From contig NC_058368.1 of the NCBI RefSeq assembly GCF_018350175.1, positions 112,346,001 through 112,410,000 on the forward strand: a stretch of 64,000 nucleotides of DNA. The letters are read 5' to 3'. This document shows, one piece after another, positions 51,219 through 64,000 of this stretch. Each line of letters starts with the position of its first letter. The stretch's first letter is position 1. Position numbers and translations under genes: made by a program. The DNA is from Felis catus (lineage: Eukaryota). The notes below the pieces were generated by a model. That model saw only the letters and a list, made by a program, of their open reading frames with translations, was not told the DNA's origin and did not search any database.

Positions 51219-51856
51219 TGTATTAGTTTTCTGTCGGTGCATAACAATTACTTCAAAATCAGTGGCTGAAACAACATGTTTTGTTTTGTTTTGTTTTGTT
51301 TTGTTTTGTTTTAATCGCACGGTTCTCTGAGTCAGTAGTTGGGACATAGGTTAAGTAGAGTTCTCAGCTCATGGTCTCATCAGGCTAAAATCAAGGTGTT
51401 GGCTGAGGCTGTGTTCTCATTTGGAGCTCAGGATCCTCTTCCAAGTTTATTCAGGGTGTTGACACAGTTCGAGTCCTGCACTTGTAGGGTTGAGGTCCCC
51501 ACTTCCTTGCTGATCTAGGGGCTGCCCTCAGATTCCAGCCAGGTGGCCCCCTCCATAGGTCATTCACAACATGGCTGTTTGCTTTCTTCCAGACCAACAG
51601 GAGAGAGCCTACTGTCACTTTATCTCTTTTAAGGGCATTCCAGATTAAGTCAGCTTCACCCAGGATAACCTCCCTTTCGGTTGACTCCAGGGATCTCAAT
51701 TACATCTGTAGAACCCCTTTTTGCCATGTAAAGTAATGTAATCATTGGAGTGATATCATATTTATAGATCCCACTCATGCTGAAGGGGAGGAGATCAGGC
51801 AGGATGTACACCAAGGAGTGGGTGGCTGGGAGCCATCTTCGAATTCTGCCTACCAC
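51219..51856. mobile_element. MLT1-type MaLR solo LTR
   Basis: tgtattagttttct...cataacaatta start and aattctgcctaccaca end (TG...CA). Confidence 0.8.
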
Positions 51857-52129
51857 ACGTGGTTTGGTTTCTCTTTTGACTCCCCGTTTCCTTTACCTGT
51901 AAGCGAGGAGTTGTTGGCTAGGTCCTCTCAGAGGTTCTGCTCTGTGTTTTCCCTTCCTTTATGATTATGGACTCAAGGTGGAAGCTCTGTTACCAATCCT
52001 CTTCTCCAAAATGTGACTGAAAGGTTGTGGTGACCTGCTGGGCAAAGATGGCTGACTGTCATTGATAAGGGTGTGTGCTGAGGGAGAGGACAGCCAAGTG
52101 ACAACAGGTGGGTACGTTGTGGAATGGGT

Positions 52130-52502
52130 GGTTGGTGTAGTTGTTAGGGCTGTCCACACATACACCCTTTCCTCTCCTTCTGAGCAGCACATGGTAGGAC
52201 TGCTTACTTTGACCAATGGAATGTGAGCAGGTGTGATGTCTATAATTCTGAGTGGGAGTTTTCAGAGCCAGTGTGTGTGTTTTATGTCGCTATTTTTTCC
52301 TCTGCCACAGTGACTAATAAGATTTGAGACAGTGGCTGCTCCTTTAGCCTGGGTCCCTAGGTGAGGGTATGCAGAGCAAAGCCCCAGCCAACCCACCTTG
52401 GACTGTGGCATAAACAAAAAATAAACCTTTGTTGTTTAAAGATCCTGAGATTTGGGGTTGTTTGTTACTGCAGCATAACCTAGCCTATCCCTGGCTGATA
52501 CA
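52130..52502 (+). mobile_element. Old MLT1-type MaLR LTR remnant
   Basis: aataaacctttgttgtttaa...ttgttactgcagcataacctagcctatcc...gataca end. Confidence 0.7.
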
Positions 52503-52544
52503 AAGGACAGTATCAATGTTAATCTTGCTGCCACCTTCTCTCTC

Positions 52545-53325
52545 TTTTAATTGAAGCCTAATTAACCCACAATATTAGTTTCATTACAACATAATGATTC
52601 AATACTTGCATAATTTTATGACCACATGTGTCACCATACATGGTTATCAATTTTTTTCTCGTGATGAGAAATTTTAAGATCTATTCTCTTAGCAACTTTC
52701 AAATATGCGGTGTGGTATTAACTGTAGTTGGCATGCTGTATATGACATCCCCATGACTTATTTATTTTATAACTGGGAGTTTATAGATTTTTTAAATGTT
52801 TATTTATTTTTAAGAGAGACAGAGACAGAGTATGAACGGGGCAGGGGGGGGGGGGGCAGAAGAGAGGGAGACAGAATCCAAAGCAGGTTCCAGGCTCTGA
52901 GCTGTCAGCATAGAGCTTGACACAGGGCTTGAACCCATGAACTGCGAGATCATGACCTGAGCTGAAGTCAGAGGCTTAACTGAGTGAGCCACTCAGGAGC
53001 CCCGGGAGTTTACGGCTTTTAATGTGCTTCACCCATTTTGTATACCCTGTAAGGCCCCCTGTCTCTGGCAACCACCAGTCTATTTTGTGTATCTATGAAC
53101 TTGGTTTTGTTTTTTGTTTCTGTTTAGATTCCACGTGTAAGAGCAATCGTACAGTATTTGCCTTTCTCTGTCTTATTTCACTTAGTGTATTGCCCTCAAG
53201 TTTTATCCATGTTGCACATGGCAAGATTTCACTGTTTTTTATAGCTGAATAATGTTCCATTGTATCTGACTATAGCACATTTTCCTTATCCATTCATCTA
53301 TTGATGGACATTTAGGTTGTTGTCT
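52545..53325 (-). mobile_element. L1 3' end fragment with nested Can-SINE (~52785-53003)
   Basis: SINE flanked by gggagttta direct repeats within L1 3' UTR sequence. Confidence 0.8.
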
Positions 53326-56139
53326 ATGGAACTTCTCACCTTAGCCTGATCCATTTTCTTCTGTGAGATATAGCTGTAAGACCCAATCCAAAAACCTTCA
53401 TGAAAAGTGATGGTGTTGCTGTGTCGTCTTGTATTTTCTTTCTGTCATTCAAGCAGGACTACCCACCTGCTCACTGAGAAGATGCTTTCTCACACCCTGG
53501 GACCTTGGCCATTATGACAAATAAGCTATTTTTGTTTGAGAACAAATACGTGTAATTAGCACATTTGGGGAAAGCAGCCAGGCAGGTGCACCCTCTCCTG
53601 ATTTGGATGTGCTTGATGCAGTTTCCCTGTCCCCACTTTCTGAAAATCTCAATTACCGTGCAGTCCACACAGACCCTGGCTCTTTTCCTTTCCTACACCT
53701 GTAATTTGTCCGTCATGTTGACGACTTTATCATTCTTGTGTTTACAGACTTGCGTGTTGACTATGTCTCTCTCTTAGATCTCTCTTTTCTGCCACTTAAC
53801 TGTTTCTCTTTCCTGAGCATTTTGAAGGTCTGTCCCTTCTCTGACGTCTTGTCAAATGCTCCTTGTTTGCTTCCCTTCCTCTGAGGACTGTTTCCCCCTT
53901 TTCTTCGTAGACCTGCCTTTGCAACCCTCCACTAAGGGCTTTCTTCTCCTGCTCCCTCATATCTTAGGGCTTCAGGAGATGCCTCTCTACTGGGACTATC
54001 TACAAGCCTCCATCTGGCTCTCAAGACTGTTGTCCCTGCTACACAACTGCCTGATGGGGGGAAGCACAGGGCCTTATTGGACTGTCACACAGTGATCATA
54101 TACAACAATCCGGACTCCTCCCAAAGACAGCATAAATCATTGGTGACTGCAGGTGGAGATCCATGTGGGGCACATAGGCAGGGACCAGCCTCAAGTAAAG
54201 ACTGAAAATAGTTGCTGCTATGGGAAGAAATAAGGCACAAGAGCATGCCGTGGTGTCAGTTATGCTGTGGTGTAAAGAGGAGGGAAATAAAACAGCGAGA
54301 ATCTGGCAATTATAACAATGATAGCCAGTCGTTAACAAACACTTATAGTGTGCCAATTACTCTGTAGACACCTGCTATGGTTTATCTCCTGCATGATATT
54401 TCCTATGTGGTAACAGAAGTCTCATGCCCATCTGTCTGATGAGGAAATCAAGGCTCATGGCGTTTAGGTAGCTGGCCTAACGTAACGCAGCAAGTAAGCA
54501 GAGAGCTGGGATGAAATCCTGGACAGGACAGCTGGTTCCAGAGCCCATGCCCCTACCCAGGAAAGCATGGTGCCTCAAGGCAAGGGGAAGGAAGAGCCCC
54601 ACGTGCAGGATGGTTGTTTGTTGCCAGTGCTTATAATGATTCCCTTCACTGCAGGGTGCAAGGCCTGCTACCCACCGGCCCCTCCACCTTCCTTCCTAGC
54701 TCCTGTACACAATGCAAACTGAAGAAGCCCCAGTTTGAATTCTTCCCTTGCTGGTCCTAAGAGCCTAGAGCCGCGGGGTCCAGACCATGGGTTCAGGGGT
54801 CGACTTGCTTCCGCCTGAGGCAGTGCAAGATGGGCTTTGAGTTTACAGCTCAGCCAAGGCAGGCACCCACCCAGGGAGGTTGGACGGCCTTGCCTTTCAG
54901 AATAGGAGAGAATTGAATCATTGTTACATCAACTCCCCTGACACTTTCAAAACTATGGCCTCCCGCCCTCCTTCCTCTGCAGCTTTTCTCTGCCTATAAA
55001 ATGAAAAGCAGATTGCCTTGCCGGGGGGCTCCAAGCCGGCCCACATCGGAGGTGTGTGAGGAGGGGAAGCACAGCGTGCGAGGGCGTCTGGGCCATCTGC
55101 TTCTCATTGACCGCGGTGCCGCCATGGAACACAATGGGCCTGTGTGCAGCCTGCCCCCAGAGCGGCCGCAGCGGTGACCCTGGGCCTGCTGCCTGGCAGG
55201 CTGGGGAGTGGCCCCAGAGGCTGGGATCTGCTTTCCTAGAGTGTGGGGGTGGTTCCCCCTCATCTGACCATTTCTTCTTTCTTTTCTTCCTAGAAAGATG
55301 GCTTTCAGCTGTTTCCTCAAGACTCCTGGTAACCTCTTGAAAAAGCCGTATTTATTGTATGTGTGTTTTAACATTATAAATGTAATCTGCATTTGATGCA
55401 CAAAACCCAGAAGAGTAAAAAAGAAGCGAAAACTCGTGACAGTCCCACTACCAAGGGTTAGTATGTGTTCTGCCAGTCTATTTTCCGTGAATGTTTTTCA
55501 GCATTGTTTTTAAAGACATTAATGACCTAATTATACACTTCTGATTTAGGCATCGTTCTAAGTACTTTGCCTGGATGCTCTCAGGCTGCATATAGTACAG
55601 CCCTGTTACGTCAACACTTTTATTACCACCATTTTTACAAATGAAGGCGCTGCAGTTTAGAAGGGGCAGGAAATCTGCCCAGGACTTCCCAAGACGACGG
55701 TGGGGCCAGGATTCAGTAGCAGGCTGGGCTCTGCAGATTCCACAGCTCCAAACCACCTCACGATACACATCTGTGTGGGATACAGAGTAATGTGTGTCCA
55801 GTTTTTCACTGAACAACAAATTGGGACTAATTTCTCATTCTTTTGATAGCCCTCTACACATGGGTTTTACAGTTGCCTGTATCCCGCTGCACAGACTTAT
55901 CTTAACCTTTGTAGCCACTTCCCTGGTTTTGGATTGTTCCAGGTTTTGCCGTTGTGATCCTGAGATGATCACTCAGTACAGATTTTTTAAGCCCATCTCC
56001 CATGATTTGATGGTAGTGGAATTCTGCGTGAATGGACACACACACCTGAAAGAATTTTGAAAGATTAGCAAATCACCTTTAAGAAAAATTATACCTGCAA
56101 CATTCGGTATTATAATCTTCTATCAAACTGGCAAGCATT

Positions 56140-56351
56140 TTTATTTTATTATTTTTTTAATGTTTGTTTGTTTAATTAATTAATTAATTTTTGGGAGAGG
56201 AGAGAAAAGCAAGCCAGGAAGGGGCAGAGAAAGAGGGAGAGAGAAATCCCAGCAGGCTCTCTGCTGTCAGCATGGAGCCCAACGCGGGGCTCAAACTCAT
56301 GAACCATGAGATCATTACCTGAGCTAAAACCAAGAGCCACCCAGGCGCCCC
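56140..56351 (-). mobile_element. Can-SINE with internal deletion
   Basis: Jumps from aaccaagag to ccacccaggcgcccc; agcatttt direct repeats. Confidence 0.85.
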
Positions 56352-57980
56352 AGCATTTTAAAAAATTTATATCTAACTTTTAAACTTTTAAGTTATTTTT
56401 TTAGTGATCAAGCAATGAACTTTCTTATTTATTCATTGTCAATTTTAATTTATTCTTTTGTAAATTTACTGCTTATGTTCACCTAGTTTTCTACTGTGTG
56501 TGTGATTCATTTTTAGATTGACTTGCAGAAACTTATTAGATTAAGGATATTAATCCTCTGCTTTCTGGATTGCAAATAGGTATCTCAGTTTGTCTTGCTT
56601 TTAGTCAGTTTCATCCTAAGATAAAATTCAATTCGGTTTACCTTAGGATGTTTTTGCATTTTCGTTAGAGGCTGATTTATTGATCTTTTTCTTTGTGCCT
56701 GCTTCCTTTACTTTTTTTTTTAAACTTTCTTCTGTCTCCTCAGCAATATGACATAAACATTCATGTTGAATGTGGATTTTATCCTGTTGCTCAAAATTAA
56801 ACTTGCTACAACATGAACTAAAGCACTGAGATGTCAGAGTGGGTGACTCAGTGATAGAAGAGAGTGAAATGAAACTGTACCAGCTAATTACCCAGGAAAA
56901 CACAACCCAATAACACATCGATCCTGAAACGGAGATGTAGACTGACACAGTTATGTTGTTTTATCTTATCACACAACTACAGGAGAAAGAAATGTTTATG
57001 TGTTTATTTTTTGGTATGATTTGTCAAACTCCTAAGGAAGATATCACCATTTCTTACCTTATGAATGGAATTCATATGTATTTTCTTTAAATATCAGAAA
57101 GTGTTGCTTAATTTTCTTCATAATCATTATAAAGCTAACATTTTATGACTTGAAGCACTTTTTAGCATAGAACTGCACCCAGTTTCTACATATTCAGAGT
57201 TAAGATATCATCTATATTCTGCCACAGAGCTCAGAAGCAAGGAGTGCCATCCTGATCCCAGCTTCAAGTCCCCAGTCCAGATGCCTCCATGCCTTCTCAA
57301 TTTCTTCTCCATGGAAAGGAATAGAAATCTTATAGGTCAACAAGTATGGGGTGGATTCCAATTTGCAAAACCTTTATAGATGGCCTCATTTACTTATATA
57401 CATGGGGAAAGGTATCCAAAAGACAGGAAGAAGCAGTAAAATATCTACATGAGTGATCTACCATACTGTTGAGAAATACCACTGAATGCCAGTGTTACTC
57501 CAATGTTACATTTCCTTGGCCTCTCTTTTTTTCCTTCCTTTAATCTATTCCAGACACGCTCATTGGCAAAACCCAACCAGAAGCCAGAGCAGAGAGCCTG
57601 GGCACTGTGTCCTATAGAGGTTACAGATCCAAGTTCACAGACCAAGGTCGAGAGACGTGGAGAATGGGTCTCATGGCAAGCAGAAGCAGAGAGAATTAGC
57701 CAGGATAAAGACGAGAAGAAAATTAAAAATCCTTCGGAAGTCCACCCTCCAGAGGTAACTTTGATTAACACTTCGGTCAGTTTGCAATGAGTTTGTCATA
57801 CGGGTTACTTTTATACAGTTGAGATCTACTACATAATTGCTTTTGAAAGCATAGTTAACCAGGAAACCGAGGTCCAAATCAAAAACTGTTTTAAGAAGGG
57901 TTTGATGACAGATAATCATTGTATCTGAGTGGTTTATTAACTTTCCAAATATGTTAAAACATGCAGATGCACGCGCATGT

Positions 57981-57981
<1 letters not shown>

Positions 57982-58015
<34 letters not shown>
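57982..58015. repeat. (CA)n microsatellite
   Basis: Direct reading. Confidence 0.95.
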
Positions 58016-58021
<6 letters not shown>

Positions 58022-58940
58022 CCCAAGTCATTTAATGGGAGAATTTTTTCCCCAAAACTATTGCTCTAGCTTCTTGAAATGTAAATGCTCTTTTTTCTTA
58101 CACTGTGAGACCAACTATTCTTTCATGGACAAAATTAAGATTTTTCGGTTTATTAATTTTTTTAAATTGCAGTATCCTGAGTATATGATCAGAGATAACA
58201 AATGAATGACACATTTACTGCCATATTCCATTGGATTCCCCAAGACAGACATCACTCACTGATCCCCTCCTTCTTTCCTCTGGAGTGTCCATGTGGCTCG
58301 GTTTCCTCCCCAGCACAACAATCCTCAGTACAGTAAGTCTCATAAATTGAGGCCTATTCCTGGCCATCAAGTTCAGCAATCATTAAGAATAGAAGTATAC
58401 TACCCGATAGTTTCCGTGGCCATCAACCATGGCAGAAGATTCTTCCTAGATGTGAAGCGAGAGATACAGCACCAAAAAATCCATTTCTTAGCCTCAGCAA
58501 AACTGCGCAAGCTGAAAAACAGCTGAGGAAAATAAGTGAAGAGATGAGGTAAAGTGGCAGAACTCTCCACCAAAGCAACCCAACTGGATTTTGAGTTTGG
58601 GATCTCCAGAAAAGAAGAAGTGCATATCCACAACCCCCCATTCTCACATTCTTGGAGTTCATGATCTCAGCCACCAGCCTAAGTCTGTTTTGTAAGCTTA
58701 TGTGTCCAGGAATGTCTATTGCCCTTGCTCCGAAGACTGCAAAGTGATGGGGTCCCCACTTTTTCCCTCCAGAACCCTCTGAAGGCTGCTCCACAGAGAG
58801 TGGTAAAAGAAGTCTGAGGCCAATCAATATTTTATGTTCTTTATAAGAAGTTGTTTTTTCTTCCTTGATGCCTATAATGTAAAAGTAAATTATTCTTAAT
58901 ATTCAAATATTTTGCTAGAATGTGTTTTAAATGAAGCCCC

Positions 58941-59500
58941 TGTGTGATGGGTCCTGAAGGCCATCCATCACTAGGTTTGGAAATTCACCAAAATGACTCC
59001 CAGAACTCTGCCTGAAGTATCCTTGTGGCTAAGATATATTATAGCAAAGTCATAGGAATATGCAGCTAGCTTATAAGGGGAAAGGCACAAGCAAGTCTGG
59101 CGGAATATAGGCTTCTTTTTCCTCTCTCCCTTCTCTTAGGGGTCACAGAGAGCTCACTCTTCCCCTGGCAAGGAAAACGGAACAACATATGTGTGATGTG
59201 TCTGCCCAGGGAAGCCCATTAGAGACTCCATTCTCAACTTTTTTATTGGCGTCTGATCATATAGGCCCTCCAGCTAGCGTGGACCAAAATTCCAGACTCC
59301 CAGAAGGAAAGCAGGTGTCAGTGTATACCCCAGCATTTGTAAAAACAGTTCAGGCACTGTGAGCCACTCTTTCCAGTTAGGCGAAGTTTTCTGTGAGTGT
59401 AGGGAACTAGTTACCAGCCAAGTTCCCAGACACCAGCCAGCATGGCTTCCTAAGGGCAGTGGCTTCAGTTGCTTTATTAACTATTTTCTGCAGAGCCCTC
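58941..59500. mobile_element. MER21-like LTR remnant
   Basis: gaccaaaattccagactcccagaaggaaagcaggtgt motif characteristic of MER21-type LTRs. Confidence 0.6.
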
Positions 59501-59672
59501 TTTCAGTTTATTTTTCCTTAGAATGTGATGAGCCTCTTCAAATTGCATACTAAATAAAGTTGTCTTTAATTCTTTCATCATTGCTTTGGTTCTGGTTGTA
59601 CAAGTTTCTTCCTTAAGACATTCTATAATTCTTGAATTTGGTGAGATAGTCAAGGAGGACACAACCTCTCCT

Positions 59673-59779
59673 CTTCTTTCCTTTCCTTTCCTTTCCTTTC
59701 CTTTCCTTTCCTTTCCTTTCCTTTCCTTTCTTCCCTTCCTTCTTTCCTCCTTTCCCTTTCTTTCCTTTCATTTTCTGTT

Positions 59780-59867
<88 letters not shown>

Positions 59868-60073
59868 TCCTTCCTTTCCTTCCTTCCTTTCCTGAGAGAG
59901 AGCACAAAGTGAGTAGGGGCAGAGAGAGAGAGGGAGAGAGAGAATCTCAAGCAGGCTCCCCATTCTGTCTGCCTGGAGCCCTACTCAGGGCTCAAACTCT
60001 CAAACTCTGAGATCATGACCTGAGCCAAAATCAAGAGTTGGACGCTCAACCAGCTGAGCCACTCAGGCACCCC
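59673..60073 (-). mobile_element. Can-SINE whose tail is expanded into a ~215-bp (TTTCC)n/(TTTC)n microsatellite
   Basis: SINE body 59891-60073 preceded by the pyrimidine repeat at 59673-59890. Confidence 0.9.
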
Positions 60074-62454
60074 TCTTCCTTTTTATTCCCATCACTTTGC
60101 CTGTCTTCTCTGCATTCTCTTCTATTTCCATGCTTGTCCTCCATGTTACTCGTTCATGGTTCTATGGTCTCAGCTCTGCTTCCTGCACCCCTAATGCAGG
60201 GTTGGGAGGTAGGTTTTTGTCTGGTATAGTATTAAAAACCTCTAAATTGCAAACCTGAGTGCTTTTTCCTCAGATGTTATTTTCGTGTTGTTGCTTCTCC
60301 CCCTCCAGCCTTTCTCCACAGTGAGAAGTCTATCTCGATCCATTACTTTCCATAAGAGAGGTCGTGGGGGCTTAGGCTTATTGCTGCCCCCGTCATTGGG
60401 GGTGGTGTCTGTCAAAAGTCCTTTCCAGGAGTTGAGTCATAGATTGTGGTGCAACTTCCCGGTCTTGCTCCTAGTGACCATCAGGTAGCATTTACTGAGT
60501 ATCTGTTAACTGAAATCCTTCTTCTCCTGCCCCGCTGGATAGCTCTCTGACGCAGTGGAGACATGGAGAATGTAGAAAGAACGGTGCCCTCGTGTGCCTG
60601 CCTAGGGGCTGTGCCATCTGCAGGCTGTGACTGTCGTGTCATATCTGTGAAGACTCCCGTCCTGGGCTGCTGTGGAGCCTCATTCTTCCCCACCCCCGTT
60701 TCCCAGGACATGAAGAGAGGGGTGCCCATGGACGCAGCACTCTGGATGGTGTCCTGATATTTCGGACAGGTCAGCCCTGTGGTTCTGGTTTTAGGGATCT
60801 TGGCTCATGGAATGAGAGGTCCTGACGTGGCACTTTTAATCCAGTTCGTTGCCTGGCATTTGTTTGAATATTGATCCTAACTCGCTGAATGATGTTTTTA
60901 CTGTTTCCAATGTTTCCAGTCTTAGGTATTTTCATGAGAAGTTGGGAAGGGCTTGTTAGGGAGCTATTAACCAAGCATCATTTAAAAACTCGAGTTCTAA
61001 GGAAGCTTCTAATTAAGGAGCTATCTGGGCTCACAAAGAATAAAGCGCTGGAAGCAGCCAACAAAGATTAGAGTCTCATTAAGGGGCTAAGACAGGTACA
61101 TGTGGAAAATAACCCACAATCCCAGACAGTGTATTTTGATGGGTGCTCTGGGAGTACAGCAGCCTGGGACTCGGGCACTCCGGCTTCTCCTTCCTGCCTC
61201 CAGCATGGACTTGCTGTGTGACCTCGGACAAGGCAGGGCTCCCTTCTGGAACTCTCTTGCCTTGTTTACAAATGAGGGAATTGGTCTAGAGAGTTCCAGT
61301 ATGCCTCCAGCTCCAACATTCTTCATCTTTCTCAGCTGTTGTGATTCAGTGGGAATTCTGTAGAAAGGAGGGATCGTCTGCCCTTGGACTGAGGGATCAC
61401 CTCTAAAGGCCAAAGAAGCAGAAACTACAGACCCCTCCCTGAGTCCTGCCTCCATGCTGGGAGTGCCTGCATACCTCCAGGGCTGCTCAACTCCATGTCT
61501 CTTGCTTGTCTCTTTGTCTCCTAGATTTCCTTACGCATAATGGCCTGTAAACGATATGAGCATGAAGTTTACAAAGGTCTTGTCTGTTTGAATCATCCTG
61601 CCTGTGTGCATGTATGTGTTCAGTGTAGCAGAAAATGGATGTCAGAGCCTTTTTAAAAGGGAAAAGTCCATTCTCCCTTTTATAATTGATTCATAATTTA
61701 GCCCTAAGGAGTTGGGTGTTGCTTCCTTCTGACAATAAGCCATGACCCTTTTGTTAGGCCAAGTTTAGACAAGAGGTCTAAGGCTCGAGTGAGTAACTTC
61801 TGATACATCAGGGTGTGCGGAGACCTCGGGACCTGGCCTGGATCCTCCTCTGCTCCAGGTAGAGTTTCTTCCTGTGTTCAGAATTCCATATTCTCCGTGA
61901 GTGTCTGGCAGGCAGAGGTGAGTCAGCACCCATGGAGACAGCAGCCTGGCACGCTGCTGTCTGAAGAGGCTGGTCTTAGGTATGACTCCCCCAACCCTGC
62001 CCTGCCTTGGGTCGGTGAGATAAAGACCTGGGGCCTCAGGGACTGTCCTCCCCGTGGGGACACTGCTGCCTGGCTGTCCTCCTGAGCGGGAGGCCCTGCT
62101 TTCCTCCACTGTGTCTCATGTGAGAACTCCTCACCCCGCCACCCCCGTCCACCGCCAGGATAGGAGGGCAGGGAGCTAATTTAGCAGATTATAAGACACC
62201 ACCAAAACCAGGTACTCAGGTTGACGCAAAATCCTCATGCGGGGGATAAATAATCTAACTGGCTGTTGATCTGCAACCCAATAGAGAGATCATCGAAAGT
62301 GCTCCCTGGTAGTTGTGTTAGAGTTTCCCCTTCTTCTGAGACAAACTGCTCATACTGGTGCCATGCACCCATGGACACAGGTCTTTGCACCCATACTTGC
62401 AGGAGAGAGGAGAGTGGGGAGAACTGTTGTTATCATTAGTATCTGTGAAATGTT

Positions 62455-63333
62455 GCAAGAGGGGGAAACGCACGCATCCCAAAGGATCTTTCTCTGTGGC
62501 TGCCCCGGACTTTGCTGCCTGAGGGTCAGCAGAAGATCGTGCCTTCTCTGCTTCCCCAGCTGGGTCACAGCATTTTCCAGAGTGTCCCGTATTCGTCTGT
62601 GTGGCTGTCTCTCCATCAGTCTGCACGCCATGTCCACTCCTCACCTCAGACGCAGCCTATGCAGAGCACATGCTCAGTGCTCAGCAGCAACTGCTTACAC
62701 CGAATAAATAAGTCAGCTCAAGACTTCGCTAAAGAGCAGAGAGAACAGCCTTCCCCAGAAGGCACCCACACGGCCTGCATGTGTTCGGTTTCTGTAGTGG
62801 ATAAATATTTACTGAGCATCTACTCTATGCCAGGTATTCTTTTAGATACTGAGGATACAGCAGTGAACAGGACGAGTAAGATTCCTACCCGCAAGGAGTT
62901 CGAATTTAATGAGGGGACAGATAACAACCAACCAACAAATCAAATGGCAGCAGTTGTTAAAGGAATGAAAATGAATAGAGAGTGATAAGGGTCGGGAAAG
63001 ACCTGTGTCCTTTAAAGCGAGTTCTGAGGACAAAAGAAGGGAGACAGAGGGAAGAGCCTTCCAGATGGAGGAGACAGCTAGTGCAAAGGTCCTGAGGCAG
63101 AACTAAACGTGGCATGCTAGAGAAACAGGAAGAAGTCATCCAGATGGCTAAAAGGGTGCAGAGTGGAAGTGGGGAGTGGGTGGCGTGGGAATAAAGAAGC
63201 GGGTGGGCCGAGGCCAGATCACCTGGATTAGTCTACCTGTGCCATGAAGCCACTAAGGTGCTCTAAGCAGGGTGGGGGAGAGTGGCACAAATCTGTTCAT
63301 GGAGGCATTTTGAGAAGACCTCGTGATCAAACC
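62455..63333 (-). repeat. Inverted duplication, arm B (879 bp)
   Basis: Reverse complement of 42109-42987; about 19 substitutions and no indels by manual alignment. Confidence 0.98.
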
Positions 63334-63569
63334 AGGGTCTCATCCTTCTGTGGGGATGACCCTTCCACTGTCATGCTGCTTTTAAGGGAGGGACGTGACT
63401 TTCTGCTGCTCTTTCCTCACTTGCTTAGCCCTTCCGGTGCACGTTTGGGCCTGTAGAGGAGAGAGACTGGCTCTCAGGAGGACAGAAACCACAACTCCGG
63501 GCTTGAAAGCACTGAACAACTCCACCCTGGCCAGGGCTCTTTGGTTTTGTGTGTGTGTGTGTGGTTAGT

Positions 63570-63753
63570 TTATTTATTTATTTTGAGAATGAGAGAACCA
63601 GGGAGGGGCAGAGAGAAAGGAGAGAGACAGAATCCCAAGCAGGCATGGAGCCTGACGGGGGTCTCAAACCCACAAGCCCACGAAACATGAGATCATGACC
63701 TAAGCTGAAACCAAGAGTCAGATGCTTAACCGACAGAGCCCCCCAGGCACCCC
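63570..63753 (-). mobile_element. Can-SINE
   Basis: Reverse-complement head ggggtgcctgggggg and (CT)n tract. Confidence 0.85.
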
Positions 63754-64000
63754 TGACCAGGGCTGTTTTAAACTGTAAGTGAGAGAGACACCACACGAAC
63801 CAGCTAAAGTCAGAAAGGGAGTTTGTTGGCTGCCAAGACTGATAGTGACTGTGCTTGAACTTGAAGGGTTCAGTGTCAGCAGGACTGTCTCTGTCAGCTG
63901 TCACTCTGTTTCTCTCTTTGCACTGACTTTATTTTCTCTTACTCTAGCAGAGCTTCCTCCCAGATGCCTTCAGTTCTGCAAGGTAGAGTGTCTGTCCTGG

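Noticed and set aside
54700..55260. GC/CpG-enriched patch as a possible first exon of the neighbouring gene (e.g. TGFBI)
   Set aside because: No signal-peptide exon or recognisable TGFBI coding sequence was found, and CpG density is modest.

Overview
Eukaryotic, repeat-rich genomic DNA from a carnivore, very probably a felid (many tRNA-derived Can-SINEs and young feline-type LINE-1). The only protein-coding gene I can support is a complete, intact four-exon LECT2 on the minus strand (CDS 11078-11033, 9537-9441, 7277-7132, 233-67; 151 aa, all introns GT-AG). The remaining ~53 kb is intergenic sequence upstream of LECT2. It holds a full-length but disabled L1 (16712-22683), older L1/L2/LTR/DNA-transposon remnants, about 20 SINEs and microsatellites. 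Most notable: (1) this LECT2 has His104 where human LECT2 has the Tyr that replaces the M23-peptidase catalytic histidine; (2) an 879-bp inverted duplication (42109-42987 / 62455-63333) with a ~99% identical core and a more diverged outer end brackets a 19.5-kb potentially invertible segment; (3) a 1.4-kb tandem array of a ~76-bp SINE-derived hairpin unit shows 5-unit higher-order structure and an inverted terminal copy; (4) two young L1 copies in inverted orientation flank LECT2 exons 1-3; (5) there are two templated, hairpin-forming micro-insertions. Most of the short ORFs in the supplied track are repeat-derived noise. Repeat family names are from pattern recognition only and boundaries of old repeats are approximate.
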